From Macrostomum lignano (Eukaryota), in contig NIVC01000199.1 of NCBI GenBank assembly GCA_002269645.1, positions 248,001 through 312,000 of the forward strand: a stretch of DNA of 64,000 nucleotides, in the 5' to 3' direction. The notes under the pieces are model-generated. The model ran no database searches and had not been told where the DNA came from. It saw nothing but the letters and a program-made list of their open reading frames with translations. Of this stretch, positions 1 to 13,134 are shown piece after piece. Numbering within the stretch: position 1 is the stretch's first letter; each line of letters begins with the position of its first letter. The translations under genes and the position numbers were made by a program.

Positions 1-71
1 TATTATTATCAATTTAAAATAATTATTTTCATGATTGCTTCAAGTGTTATATATAACTCATTGTCTATACA

Positions 72-3000
72 ATGGAGGATATATCAGCTGATATGCTTGT
101 CACTGTTAACCAGTCTTCATTGGAACCTCAACTTGCTGAAGTAACTGCAACAGCACCTATCCTTACTAGAGTAAGTATTTTCATTTGATCTTTTATTCAA
201 TTAATCAATAACTTAAAGATAGAAGCATTACCACTTTTTGAAAATTCACATAATAATTACATTGAGCAATTCAATGCATGTATTTGCATTCTAGGAACTC
301 CCCATATAGTTATAATAGACTTGCTATTAAACCTGAAGAAAGTAGGCTTAGTGACCTCTGGCTAGTACATTATTTCTACATAAATTTCTCATTGAAAAAA
401 TCTTCTCCCCAATGCCTTAGCAACCAGAGCTGAGTCAGGCAACAGGAGACAGTCGCCTAGCCAAGCCTGCCAGTCTTTGTCACGAGCAGCCGCTGCAGGT
501 CAGTGTGATGAGGCCGCAGAAAAAAGGCGATGGAATGTCAGCGTACGTTGTGTACACAGTGAATCACTCTACCAAGTTGGAGCACTTCTCCAGCTCAGGC
601 GGCGGCAGCGTCACTCACAGATTCTCAGATTTCCTTGCTCTCTGGGAGCGACTTCGAGATCGCTACGCCAGGTGAGTCACCACAGCTGCCAACTGATGAA
701 GAGACAGAGTAACTCCTCCAGTAGCTGGCGGTGCACCAACTTCTCTACCAAAGGGGGGCCGTAGCCCAGCGGTAGCGCAGCTGCTCTGGTGTGCCAGCGA
801 CCCAGGCTCGATTCCAAGTGCAGTCACATTAATTTGAGGCTGAATTGGAATCTCGGCTTGGCTCTGCTCGTGCAATTAACGGCCTTGAGAGCCAACCCCC
901 CAAGGCACAGTGAAGTGTACATGCCTAACGATAGAATAAAGTTAGGGCCGCTGTACACTCCTGTGTGAGTGTGTGCCTGCGTACGTATCCGCGCGCTTGT
1001 ATGCCTGCTCAGGGAGTCGGCGGAATGGGCAGTAATGCCTCTCGCCGGTTGTGTGCCTATGTCGCTTAAAGTGCGCCAGGGTGCACACAACCCCCCTGCC
1101 TCTAATAAAAAAAACTTCCCTACCAAAAAATGCTCACCCCCCAAAAATATTCTGCACGTAGTACTAATTACATGACGAGAGTGATAATACAGTCTTAGTT
1201 ACTTCTGCCGTTTACCCATTTACGCTAGTATTGCCTAGGTTTCCTTGATAGGTTAAGTAGCATTTTTGGTAAAAAAATAAGTCGCACGGTCGGTGTAACT
1301 CAGGGGGTTGCGCATGTACGCTCCCCATGCTTTCTTTCATAACTCCTTCAGCGAAGGCGTCGTTCTGCCGCCAAAGCCGGAAAAATCGATAATTGGCGCT
1401 GCCAAAGTGAAGCTCGGCAGCGGAGGAGGCGCCGGAGGCGTTGCCAATGACGATGAATTCGTGGAGCGTCGTCGCGGCGAGCTGGAACGATTCTTAACTT
1501 ACTGTTGCGAGCATCCCCGTCTCCGACTGGATGCCGATTTGTGCGACTTTCTTGAGCGCCCCGGAGCCGTCAGCGTTGCGGCTGGCGGCTCTGGCAGCGG
1601 CTCGGGTCTGGGCGGCGTTCTTCGAGCATTCACTTCCGCCGTGGCCGCAGCTGGAGGCGGCGCAAGCGGCAGCTCTAGCGCTTCCGGCAGCAAGGCTGAA
1701 GAGGAGAGCGACCCGGTTAGTGGCATTCACTGTTTGAGCATTTGCGGCATATCATGTCATCTTATGGCAGATCATGTCACTGTTGACATGTCACTTTGTT
1801 GACATGTCACTTTGCTGACATGTCACTTTGTTGACATGTCACTTTGTTGACATGGCATGATCATGTCATGTCATGTCACCGAAGGCGTAGCGCTAGTGGG
1901 CCTGCAGCCCTCCTGCAAATAGTTTTTGAATATGCTTGTAAAACCGTGACCTTCATTTGACCCCTTCTTGCAATTCTCTCAACAGTGGTTCGAAGAGTTG
2001 TACTGCCGCCTGCAGCAGCAGGAGTCCAGCCTGCGACCTTGGCACGCCGCGGCCAGTCGCTTAGCAACCAAGCGACGCGACTACGCCAGACAGGCGCATC
2101 AGCTGGCAGCCTCGATGGCCCGGGCGGCCGCCATAGCCGAGTTTCCTGCGGAGGCGGCGGCATTAAGTGGCAGCTCGGATAGCAGCGAGCCCGATGGCTG
2201 CCATTCTGCCAGGCTGATGGTAGCCTTTGGCCGGCTGGCCGAGACTGAGGTGGGCAGCCGCTTGTGGGACTGACGGGACTGAGGGGCCTGAGGATGCTAC
2301 AGCCCAGTCCTTAGCCCTGAGGATGCTGCAGCCCCAGTCCTTAGCCCTGAGGGTCCTGCAGCCCCAGTCCTTAGCCCTGAGGATCCTGCAGCCCCAGTCC
2401 TTAGCCCTGAGGATCCTGCAGCCCCAGTCCTTAGCCCTGAGGATCCTGCAGCCCCAGTCCTTAGCCCTGAGGATCCTGCAGCCCCAGTCCTTAGCCCTGA
2501 GGATCCTGCAGCCACGCCCGCTTGCCCGCCCCGCAGGATCGAATCGCCAGTCTGCAGGCAGCCCAGGCCGAGTGCGAGTTCGCCGAGCTGTGTGAGCAGC
2601 TCCGCCACCACCTGGCCATGCTGGAATCGCTCCGGTCGGCCTGTCATGAACGCCGACGCCTGCGCCGGTGCCAAGCCGATGCGGAGGCGGGTCTGAGCCG
2701 CCGGCGCGAGGAGCGTGTCAAACTGGAGCGTGCGGGACGCGACCTGACGCTCTGCGAGACGCAAATTGCAGAGGCTGAGGCGGCGGTAAGAGTTTTGCTC
2801 GGGCTGCACAGTCCTCGCAGAAGTTGGACAAGTATGCAGACTACAAGTTTAAAGATTTACTCCAGTTTGACAATTGATAAAAGTCTTGAAATCCCCAGAG
2901 TCCCAAAATATATTCTATACTTCAAGTTAGATATGAATCAAAGAAAATATGGCATTAAATGGCATTCAGCTTAGAAAAAAAATAGTGCCAATTTGACAAT

Positions 3001-3637
3001 CCGGATGCTTTAAGCTTAGGCTAGCCTGAAGTCAGGGTGGCCGTAGTGCTCTGATGTGCCAGCGGCCCAGGCTCGATTCCAAGTGCAGTCACATTAATTT
3101 GGGGCTGAATTGGAATCTCGGCTTGGCTCTGCTCGTGCAGTTAATTTTCTTTGAGGGCCAACCAACCCCCAAGGCACAGTGAAGTGTACATGCCTAACGA
3201 TAAATAAAGTTAGGACCTCCTGTGTGAGTGTGCCTGTGCGTATGACTGCATACGTATCCTCGCGCTTGTGTGCCTGCTCAGGGGAGTCGGCCGGAATGGA
3301 CAGCAATGCCTCTCGCCGGCTGTGTAACAATGTCGCTTAATAAAGCTCCTCTAATACAAAAGCCTGAAAAGTCACCTTTAAAAAATCAATTGACTTTTGC
3401 CAACACTCCCGCCCAGGTGGACCGATGCCGTTCGGATTTCGAATCGGCGTCAGCCGCAATCAAATCGAGTCGGATCGGATCGATCTGCTTCGCGGCTTTG
3501 AGCTGCGCTCGGCTCTGCTGTGCAGCATGGAGCACCAGCTGTTGCAGCAGCAGCAGGTGGCCGACGCCTGGCAACAATTTTTGCCAGAGGCGCACAAAAT
3601 TAGCCCAAACTCACCGGGTGAAGTTGAAAACAATTGA
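72..3637 (+). CDS. SNX1: Sorting nexin 1/2 (Vps5)-like PX-BAR protein. Exons approx 72-170, 421-671, 1352-1715, 1986-2249, 2537-2785, 3417-3637; 1-nt frameshift near 3467
   Basis: Spliced translation gives PX motifs (VSVMRPQKKGDGMSAYVVY, HRFSDFLALWERL, VLPPKPEKSIIG, FVERRRGELERFL), the BAR start EESDP-WFEE and the C-terminus QQQVADAWQQFLPEAHKIS. GT-AG junctions are phase-compatible. The first exon is less certain. Confidence 0.88.
753..1140 (+). mobile_element. tRNA-derived SINE copy in SNX intron 2
   Basis: A-box-like TAGCCCAGCGG (762), B-box GGCTCGATTCC (805) and an A-rich tail near 1105. Near-colinear homologue at 3035-3345. Confidence 0.75.
1155..1320 (+). repeat. Interspersed repeat module, also present at ~48760-48930
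   Basis: Shared blocks GTAGTACTAATT, CTGCCGTTTAC, GCATTTTTGGT, TAAGTCGCA, CGGTGTAA.TCAGG. Confidence 0.65.
1788..1855. repeat. Short tandem repeat (TGTTGACATGTCACTT-type units)
   Basis: About 4 directly visible copies in SNX intron 3. Confidence 0.8.
2284..2515. repeat. 30-bp minisatellite CTTAGCCCTGAGGATCCTGCAGCCCCAGTC filling SNX intron 4
   Basis: About 7-8 near-perfect copies. Confidence 0.95.
3035..3345 (+). mobile_element. tRNA-derived SINE copy (A-box partly deleted) in SNX intron 5
   Basis: High similarity to 753-1140 (GGCTCGATTCCAAGTGCAGTCACATTAATTTG ... AAGGCACAGTGAAGTGTACATGCCTAACGAT). Confidence 0.75.
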
Positions 3638-3794
3638 TCGATTGATTGTTGATATTCGGGATTTTTTGCTATTTATCGAATCTATTTATAATATCGAAAA
3701 GGTACGAATTTGAAGGTCTACATATATCGAGATTTGTTTTGAAGACTGGAATTGGATGCTGTCTATATGAATAAATTACTCTGAAAATAGTTTT

Positions 3795-3915
3795 CGGGAT
3801 TCAGGATCTGTTTCGGGATTCAGGATCTTCTGTTTCAGGATTCAGGATCTTCTGTTTCATATTCAGGATCTTCTGTTTTGGGATTCAGTGTCTGTTTTAG
3901 GATTGGGCTTCAGGA
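3795..3915. repeat. Degenerate ~23-bp tandem repeat (GGATTCAGGATCTTCTGTTT)
   Basis: About 5 copies visible. Confidence 0.75.
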
Positions 3916-5638
3916 TTCTAAGATTCCTGGTTGATGAGGTCTCATTCAGGTGTTTGGATTCTTAATTTAAGAAAAACGCTATTTTGTCCCTTTGGCCAAG
4001 TGGTCTGGCATAGAATAGAGTTGGGTTATTTGAATCTCAAAACAATCGCGTTTGATTTACGAGTATCGAAGGGACTCTAAAGACTATGTTATAATGAATA
4101 TTTAGTCAAATGGTTGCAAATGTATTCTGCGCATCGTATAGCGCTATTCCGATTTTTCTCATTTAATTTCATGATAGAGCACGTTTCTACGACGCAGATT
4201 GATTTTATTTTCGTCCATTTTACGTTTATTTACGCTAATTTCATTCATCAAGTATTTAATAATTGGAATTTTGTTTGCAAAGATTTAACGTATACGCTGG
4301 CAATGATGCCGAATCCATTTTTATATTATATGCCTGGTAGGTCGGTGGAAATTTTTCGGAAAAGATTTTTCTTTTTTTTATGTTGTTGCGTTTCAAAAAA
4401 ATCAATATCTCCAAAGTGCAATCAGTCGATGATTTTGATTCAAATCAAATTTACACGCGCCTCATTATATTTAATTAGAACTTTTTTTTAATTTGCATAA
4501 CAACAATCGGTTATTGTCAAGAAAATTTATGATGCGTCAATTTTTTAAAAAGCACGTATTTCACTATTCTTAATAGATTTTTCTGAATCTATGTATTTTT
4601 GTTTTAACTTCTGATGCCTTAATTCTATTATTTTTATAAAAATATTGGAATCACAGGTGCTAAGTGTACTTTCTGTTGATTTTTGCTGTCAGAGTTTTTG
4701 AATTTAAATATTCCAATTGCGACATACAGTATTTTATTTATATCGATTTAGTTTTAATAAAAGATACCAAAATCATGCTATAGTAAATAAAGTTCTACAA
4801 TTTCTATTAAAAAATTAGTGTGCCTAGCTTGTAAATGTTTCCTTTATCGTGTAGCTGCGCTTTTAGTTTCGAAGCGCCATGAATTGATGCCACAGTACAA
4901 TTAATTTACGCTTAAACTGCATGACTCGAATATACATAATTCAAATACTACATTACGGCAGGAGATTATACATAAAATTATTTAGTATGGGATGGCTAAT
5001 TTTGCCTTTTTCGGACAAATAAGTTTGAAACCGTTCTTAATTTGTTCATTTTTTATAGCACCAAAACTCTGCTAGGTCACGGACTGGTACAATGTAAATA
5101 TAACAAAACTACTACAATAAGTTTGAAGTAGTCGACTGCATATAAAAAGCTAACTTGCTAGACATTGCTGAATAAAAAGCTTTCAGTTAAATAAAGATTT
5201 TTTAACTTCTTAAAGACTCCATATCTTTCAAATTTTGCAATGGGCTAATAATTGCTTGTCATGTCGCGTTGTTTCGCGTGTGAGAAAAAATTAATAATTC
5301 TTAGTGTTTTATCATTGTAACTAAAAATTTCCACCTGTTGATTAATTGAATAAATAGTAATTAAAATACCAATCTGCAGAAAATACACAGCGTGTATCTG
5401 ATGTTTTTAAACAGTCTCTAAAGATCACAATAGGCTTATCGCCATCGTCTATTGCATTGATAATTGAACGTTTTAGCTAGGCCTAGCCGCCTAGCCACCT
5501 AGGCTTAGCCATAGCCATAGCATAGGCATTAGCCCTAATCTATTCACTGTCTCGGGTTAAACGTCAATTATCTGATATTTTTTCAATTTTTATTATCATT
5601 TTTCTAAACAAATGAATAGATAAAAAATCAAGCTTGCT

Positions 5639-8600
5639 ATGCTAGTTTCAAATTCTGAATCTGAAATGTTGTTGGACAATGCAACACAATATGTAACCAA
5701 TCCCAATCCAATTCCAATATTTACTACAAGCCAAGTGCATAATACAACTAATTCAAGCTCCCATTGTCCAAATGGCTCAACTTTAATAAACTCAACTTGT
5801 AATGCTGGAAAAAGCAAGCCATTCCTTGCAAATGCAACAACTCAAATTCTAAATTTTGTTAGTAGCAACAAAAAAACTTTATTGAACAGTGCAATTGTTC
5901 TATGTGTCTTAACTAGCATTGTGGTAATTTTCTTCATTATCAAAGCCATTAGGTAAGTTTTTTTAAAATGATTTTATTAAATATGTATTTAGCTTTTGCC
6001 ACTTGCTTGATTTAGGCTATTTATTATCAATTACTTGAGATAGGCCTAGAACAAAAGTCTTGTTTATATTATAACTCTGCTAAAAATAGCTATCATTCCA
6101 TAATTTTTCACTTGAATAAAAATGGCCATAAACAAACGGTTTCAACCCACTTCGGCGAAAGTCAATAACAGCGAAAAATACTTTGACAATGACTATTTCG
6201 TCTAAAAGCTGACCATTTTTGCGAAAGATTTGTTTCAAGGTTTGGTGAAAAGTTTTTGTTGTTTTACACTTGTAGGAGAAAGTTAGGAAGAAACGAACTT
6301 TATAAAGACTAATTTTATTGTGACATGTTTTTTGTTCTGTCGCAGTTTAATTCAGTTGTTTTATTGGATGCTATTTCGTTACTGCAGGATTTAAAAGTTT
6401 GATTTTAGAAACTAGAAGATCAATGGAACAACTTAAAAACCACAATTGTTACACACTGTCATCATCCCTAATCTCTCGATTGCATATTGATAGATCGCGC
6501 ATGTACATAACATAGCTACCGGCTAAGTCATAAGTTTTTAAATTTTCTAACTGCAAATAAATTGCAGCAATGAATAATTTATTAAAAGCTTCAATCACCA
6601 AATATATATTTGCAATTATTGATATATAGGCCTACGTACTACGTAGCTGATCTTTTCGCCAAACTAGTCACTTTCTTTTGCTGAAATGTATATCGATTTA
6701 AACTAAAAATTCACTTTTGCCAAAGTGTCTTTCGCCAAAAATTCCTTTGCCGAAATGGGCTGCACCCAAAACTAATAAATAACTGGCTTGCCATGAGAAA
6801 AGCTGACTTAAAGCCAGGCTCAAAACCTTTGAGTATCTATAGGGCCTGCAATAAGCCTTAAAATTTTGGAATAACTTTTTTAAAGCCCTCTCTGCACCCT
6901 GAGAGTGGAGAGGCTACACTTAGCCATGATAGTTTAGTGAGAAATTCTAACCACTGCCCTCTATATAGGCAAACTCTGCAGCAGTTTAATGGTGGATGGC
7001 AATTGGCAAATCAAGACAATCCAGTATAGTTTGTAAAAGTGAAAGATTTATGAGAAAGCGATGCAAAGCAATATAACCCTTCTAAATTAGTCACACCATG
7101 GAAATTTAAGGTTTCTCTTAAAGGTACTTTAAAATTTAGCCTTCTAATAAATGCATATTTCCTTGGTTGTTAGGCTGATGTAGACTGCAGTAAAGCTGAA
7201 AATATACAAATTCCTGTCAGGGCTACAAATTTGCAAGAAAGAAAGATGATATGATCTAAGCCTAAGACCAACCATGAGTAGTACGTCTCACAAATTGGCT
7301 TTCTAAGCAGGGATGGGTAGACTTTTAGGGAAGAGGATAGAGAAGGTTGTAGAGATAAGAGAGGTGTAAGGAAAGATGAGAAATAAGAGATGAGAGATGA
7401 AGGAGGAGAAAGGAAAGTAGAGAGAGAAGACATGAGACAAGAGAGGTAGAGTACAGAAGAAGGAAAAGAAAAGAAAAGAGAAGAAAGGAGAAAGAAAAGT
7501 AAGGAGTCAAAAAAGGGGAAAGAAAGAGTACAGAGAGAGGTAAGAGAACATATAAGAGAGTAAAGACTATAGATGAGAGAGGGGAGATAAAAGAGCAGAG
7601 ACGAGAGTGAACAGACGAGAGATAGGAGAGTAGAGAAGAAAAGGAGAAATAAGAGGTAAGAGAAATGAGATTACAGAAACCAGAGGAGAGAGCAGAGACA
7701 AAGGGAGAGAGAAGTGAGTCAGGAGAGAGGAGAGGAAAGAGAAGAATGGAGAGAGAGAGAGAGAGAGAGAGTAGAGAGGGGAAGAGAAATGGATAGGAGA
7801 GATACATGTAAGAGAGAGGGAGAAAGGTGGGGAGAAAAAGGGAGAGAGAATGGAGAAAAATGAGAAAAGATAAAAGATAAAAAAAGAGAAAGGAGAAATG
7901 ACAGAGCAAAGATGATAAGAGAGGTGAGGGAAGAGACGAGAAGAGAAGAGAGAGGAAAAAGAAAAGAAGAGAAGAAATGAGAGGAAAGAGTAGAGATGAA
8001 TAAGTAGAGGAGATAGTTGAGAGAAGAAAGGAAAAAAGAGGGAAGTGTTAAGAGAGGGAAGAGTGAGGAGTGAGAAGAGAATAAAGAGAAAAGATAAAGA
8101 GGAGAGAGAAAAGAGTAGAAAGGAGAGAGGAAAAAAGAGAAGAGATGAGAGAGGAAAAAGAAGAGATGAAAGGAGAGACAAGAGACAAGAAAGAAGAAAA
8201 GAAAATAGAAGTTTCAAAGGATCCAAGGGATATAGGGAGAGGCAGAGGCCAGAGTCTTCTAATACATGTTTAAAAGTCAGACAGACATTGCCCGACATTC
8301 TGCATAGCACCCCAACCAGCAAGATAAATACTTGCCTCAAATCTTAATTTTACATGAATTTACTCTATTTTATGTTTACCTCTATCCTAACTATTAACAA
8401 GTTTTTGTTTGAGTGTGACTTCAGATGGTAGAATACATGCAAAAATAGTTCCGGTTATGGGAATTCCACGGGTTCAAAATCCGAGGGTTTCAACAGCTTG
8501 TATTATTATAAACTAAGACAATTTTGAAATTTACCTTGTCGTAAAAACATTCTTTATGAACTATAACTATACATAACTATACATAACTATAATTATGAAC

Positions 8601-11600
8601 TATATACAATATATAAGGCAAAAAGAATTATATTTTTCTTTATAGCATGCCTCCTATTGGAATAACTTTCAAAAACCCACAGATATGCAAGATAGATGCA
8701 AAAAAGTAGGTTAAATGGAATAAATGCACAACACATACAACAAAAGAATACAAAATACAATGCAGTACAAAATTACTAAAATATTGTTTAGAAATTTTTC
8801 TGTTCCCACTTATTAATTAGCAAAAATAAAACAGAAAGGCAAAAAATAATGATTAAAAATCATAGAACATGGCAGAAAAAAACAGATAACAACCAAGATA
8901 TTAAAATTTACAAAAAATGAAGTAAAAATTCTGAAAGTCTATACTGAAATTCTCAAGTGACAACTGATTAATCCTATGGTAAAAAATAAGCAACATGCTT
9001 CTAGCACTATTGCCCATTCACTGCACTTTGTTACAAGACATAATAATACTACCCTGCTCTTTATTGCTATTCAATGTGATGCAATTGCCACTTTCTTGGA
9101 TTGGCAATATAACATTGTGAAGAGTTTAAGAGTGCTGATCAGTCACTCAAAAACTCCCACTTCTAGACACTGGGGAACAAGTGCCTAGGTCCGAGCATAT
9201 ATGCAAAATCAAATACCTCTTACTCCAGCGGATCCTTTAGTGGCTTATGGACTTCTTGGTTTGGCTTAGGTGACTCAGTACCTCCGGGAGTCCTTGACTT
9301 TTATCTGTGGGTCAACCAAAAACAAGAGAGAATCAGAACTTCTTGACAGTCCTCGAGCTCAGAATTAACAGTAGAATGTGCACCCTAATGAACAATTAAA
9401 TTCTCTAATTTTCTGTGATAGGTCCTCCTGAAGGGCGGCTTCTTTGTTACATCCGAAACATAACGGATAACTCAATTAAATAAATAAATCCTCTAGGAAT
9501 ATATCCTAGGAAACAAGGAGGCCTTTCTTAACTGTGTCGACAATAAACAGCTCTTGTAAACTCAATTGAAGTACTAACTACTCCTTCTCGGGTTCTTGAA
9601 GATGTTCCTAGAATTAGAACCCGCTGCTCCTGAAGTAGCTAGATAGCACCGTTGTACTACTTATCAATTTGCCTAAAAATGAACCTAAAACGTTAGCCGT
9701 GACTTGGTAGGGTTGCTGCCACCTTGGTGTGCAGACTCGACGCGTCGGCAGAGTTGTCTATCCGTCACCTGAAAGAAAAATAACAAAGTCGCTCGGAGCA
9801 AAGGCAAATCTGAAAATGTCTCGACAGTCGATCATCTTAGTAGAATGCTGCTCGAACCTGAAAAACCTGAAATGAGAGGGGAGAGCTCGGAGGAGGCTTC
9901 ACTAGTCAGCCACGATGCTACGCAGTTTGACTCCGTGTTGCTCCATGAGACGTCGCAGTTTGACTCCATGTTGCTCCACGAGACGTCGCAGTGTGGCTCC
10001 GTGTTGCTCCACAAGACATCGCAGTCTGGAGAAAAATGGCTCGCAGATGCTCCGTATTTATAGCCGAGCGGACCCCCAAAAGTCACATGAGTTTCATGCG
10101 GTGAGCGCATGAAACTTCCTTATTTGGGCATTGAAATCATGCGAACGACGCATGATTCAAGGCCAACTTCCAAATAAGGCAACCTTGTCACGCAGCAGTG
10201 GCGTGACTCAAGGTCAAAGGCCACGCACAGCATGCGTGCACAGTCACGTGCTTTTCTGTGCTAAAAATAGAACTTGGGTGGATGAGTCATCCTGTTTACT
10301 CCCTCTAGGCAGCCATTACACTCCGCGCAGGGGATGAGTCATCCTGCTACGCCTCTCAGCGCGAGTGGGAAGACATTGAGTGTGGCTGCCCACGCCTGCT
10401 CAGGCGATGAGTCATTGGGCAGTAAACACTTAGGCCCAGCACAGGGTACCTCTCTCACTAGATCAGGTGGACTGAGCCACTGTGCAGTGGATCACAGCGC
10501 CCTTAGGGAAAGCTAGTGAATGCTGCTGAATAGCCAGTTAGCAGCCAGTCACTACACAATGAATCAACTTATTAACGCTAACAATAAAATAACTAAAACC
10601 GGTAAATGCTTACCAATTGGACAGGTGTGGTCCCTCAGAGATTGGTCTTCTCATTTCTTTGGAATCTTCTTAGAGACCACTCTGAGTCAGAATTTTTGAC
10701 TCGAATTTTGACTTATATTTATAGCAAAATTTTAGAGAAAAACCAGTTTGGGATTGGTTATTTACTTAGGTCAAAAATGTTTGATTAAGCAGTCATGCAT
10801 GTTTGAGCATTACCATATATGGAGTTAAACAAATACAGCTGTTGTCATCCAGTTCCTTGATCAAACAATGTAGGGTTCTAAATCATTCTGTTTGCGTGTG
10901 ATTCCTAAAATAGATATGACTCATTTTGAAAGAAATTGACTTCCTTAGAATATTACTTTAACTAGAGTATTATTGTTTGGTCTAATAACTCTCTACAACA
11001 GGAAAATATAGAAAAAATGTGATGGGTGGCTATATGTGATTTGTTAACTTATTCCAATAGGTAGTATGCCTTAGTCAAGAAAGCCTTTGCCATGGAAATT
11101 TGAATGCACACAAGGGGTCCCAAATACACTTGTTGCATTAAAGGGATCCTTAAGGTATTTGGCATACAATCATAGCATATACTTAGATTGGTGTATAAAG
11201 TGCACATATTTTTTTAAAACAATGTAAAATAAGTTGTTTTAATAAATTATTTGTTAATCTATTTTGCATTTCTTATTGTTTTTAACTTCTATATCTCTTG
11301 TAAGGTGCTACTAGATTTTGAGTAAATAAATTTATTAAAAGTATAGGCTACTACCTACTAAGCTAGGTAACATAAAATTTACCTCTTCTCTAAATAATAG
11401 TGTAACCTATCACTCATTATTAGCAGGTCTGATGCTTATTATATATAAGAATGGCTAGGATTGCCTTCACCCTAACTTTAGCCCCATATTACCCTATCTT
11501 AATGGTGTAAAATGTGCCTGTGGCATCAAAATATTTTGTTTGAGTCCCCAACCCCAGGGGCTTAAGGGTTCCCTTCATCAAGGCTTTGAAATTAGCAAAA

Positions 11601-12035
11601 TTCATTCATTTCTACTGCTGTACAAACAACCATGACACTTCGGTGTCAGTTTTTTGTACTATTAGATATGGGAAATATCCATAATTTCCCATACCATATG
11701 TATAGCTGTAGTGGAACTCTTGCATGTAGTTTTAAACAACAAAAAATCATTTATTGTACTTGAGTATTATAGATTAGAAATATGTCTCAAGTTGTATGGC
11801 ATACGCCCTAGGGCCCAGTTTTGTTATTATTAATGCTAATCTTTATACTTAAAACAACTCACCCCAAAGGCTGAAGCGAGCAGCCAGACGGTCCAAGCGC
11901 TACGGTCTGGTGGACGCTGACAAGCTGGAGATGCAGCGGCTTGGCGACGAGGACGATGATGATGACGAAGACATCACCGTGTTCGATGTGAATGGGTCGC
12001 AGCAGGCCAGAGATAGGGGCTCTGCTGGTCGATAG
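5639..12035 (+). CDS. FAM174: FAM174-family single-pass membrane protein; exons 5639-5952 and 11870-12035 (159 aa)
   Basis: Exon 1 encodes a Ser/Thr/Asn-rich ectodomain with NxS/T sites and the TM SAIVLCVLTSIVVIFFIIKAI, with a donor at 5953. Exon 2 is phase-compatible and encodes LKRAARRSKRYGLV...KLEMQRLGDEDDDDDEDITVFDV, matching the FAM174 tail (R/K-Y, EM.PL, acidic run, TVFD). Confidence 0.82.
6137..6767. mobile_element. Non-autonomous DNA transposon (MITE) relic
   Basis: Imperfect ~24-bp terminal inverted repeats (GGTTTCAACCCACTTCGGCGAAAG vs CTTTGCCGAAATGGGCTGCACCC) and subterminal TTCGCCAAA/GCGAAA motifs. Confidence 0.5.
7320..8220. repeat. Purine-rich (A/G) low-complexity tract in the FAM174 intron
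   Basis: About 900 bp almost devoid of C/T on the + strand. Confidence 0.9.
9920..10025. repeat. 33-bp triple tandem repeat just downstream of a minus-strand TATA box
   Basis: CGCAG recurs at 9921, 9954, 9987 and 10020. Confidence 0.85.
10055..10415 (-). promoter_or_regulatory. Candidate antisense promoter: TATAAATA plus a cluster of four AP-1 (TGASTCA) sites
   Basis: TATTTATA at 10055-10062; TGASTCA at 10204, 10283, 10335 and 10408; E-box CACGTG near 10245. Confidence 0.55.
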
Positions 12036-12289
12036 TTCACGCTTTCTTTATCAATCATTTGTTGGCAGTGCTGTAGTCATTGTGTATTGAGCGTTTGTTT
12101 GGCTGTTGCTGTTTAAGACTAGGTTTTGTCTGTTTAAATATAGCTTTTGTGCTTGAAATCTGTTTATTTGTTTCCAATCCGTATTGGATAGTTTTTTGGT
12201 TAGAGGTTAGCAATCCCGCTAAATTCTTGCCGCTCCACTTTTCTGCTACCCTGGGAAAACTTCTCGCAATACCTCAGCCCTCTTCAGGT

Positions 12290-12600
12290 CTTCAGCTCCT
12301 TCAGCCCTCTTCAATACCCCAGCCCTGGGAAAACCTTCAGGAGTCTGCTACCCCAGCCCTGGGAAAACCTTCAGGAGTCTGCTACCCCAGCCCTGGGAAA
12401 ACCTTCAGGTTGCTTGCTTAATACCCCAGCCCTGGGAAAACCTTCAGGAGTCTGCTACCCCAGCCCTGGGAAAACCTTCAGGTTGCTTGCTTAATACCCC
12501 AGCCCTGGGAAAACCTTCAGGAGTCTGCTACCCCAGCCCTGGAAAAAGCCTTCAGGTTGCTCGTCTAATACCCCAGCCCTAGCAAAACCATCAGGATCTG
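12290..12600. repeat. 34/38-bp minisatellite (ACCCCAGCCCTGGGAAAACCTTCAGG...) downstream of the FAM174 stop
   Basis: About 8 copies with two alternating unit types. Confidence 0.9.
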
Positions 12601-13134
12601 CTACCCCTATGTTTTTTGTTTTAAAATTCTTCCCTTTAAGGTCACCAGCCAAATTCTACATTCAAGCTTCCACTGCTGTGCAAGTGTCTTTTTATTGTTT
12701 TTTTTAACGATTGTAAACAAAGGTGGTGGTCATTGTTGTTTAATTTCTGAGCAGTCTTGAGTTTTACGAGATTATCGGTTTAGGACTTTGCGATTTGATT
12801 TATTATTTATGTATTGTTTGTGTGCGTACGAGTATATTATTAACATTATATATAAATTGATTTATATATTCCGGCCCTATAAACGACCGCTCGTTTTTGT
12901 CTTCCATGTCATTTTCAGTTTGCCTTTTTTGAGAGCCACTATCCCGTGATGTACCATTGTTAACATGGATGTTTTTTCACAACCATTTTGCTTGATTTTT
13001 GTGTTGTCAGCATCTAGGGAACATTATGAAGTCACGAATTTTTCTTGACACTGAATTCTTATTGGATCTGTTTTGTTTGGGCTGTTTTTTCATTTTATTA
13101 TTTACACCTGTCTAATTCTATCATTGTGTTTAGT

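Noticed and set aside
753-830. tRNA gene (also at 48545 and 50800)
   Set aside because: A/B boxes are present but there is no closed cloverleaf or acceptor stem, and the sequence continues into a shared SINE body.
7170-8347. Long Leu/Ser/Phe-rich and Arg/Glu-rich ORFs
   Set aside because: By-products of a purine-only low-complexity tract inside an intron.
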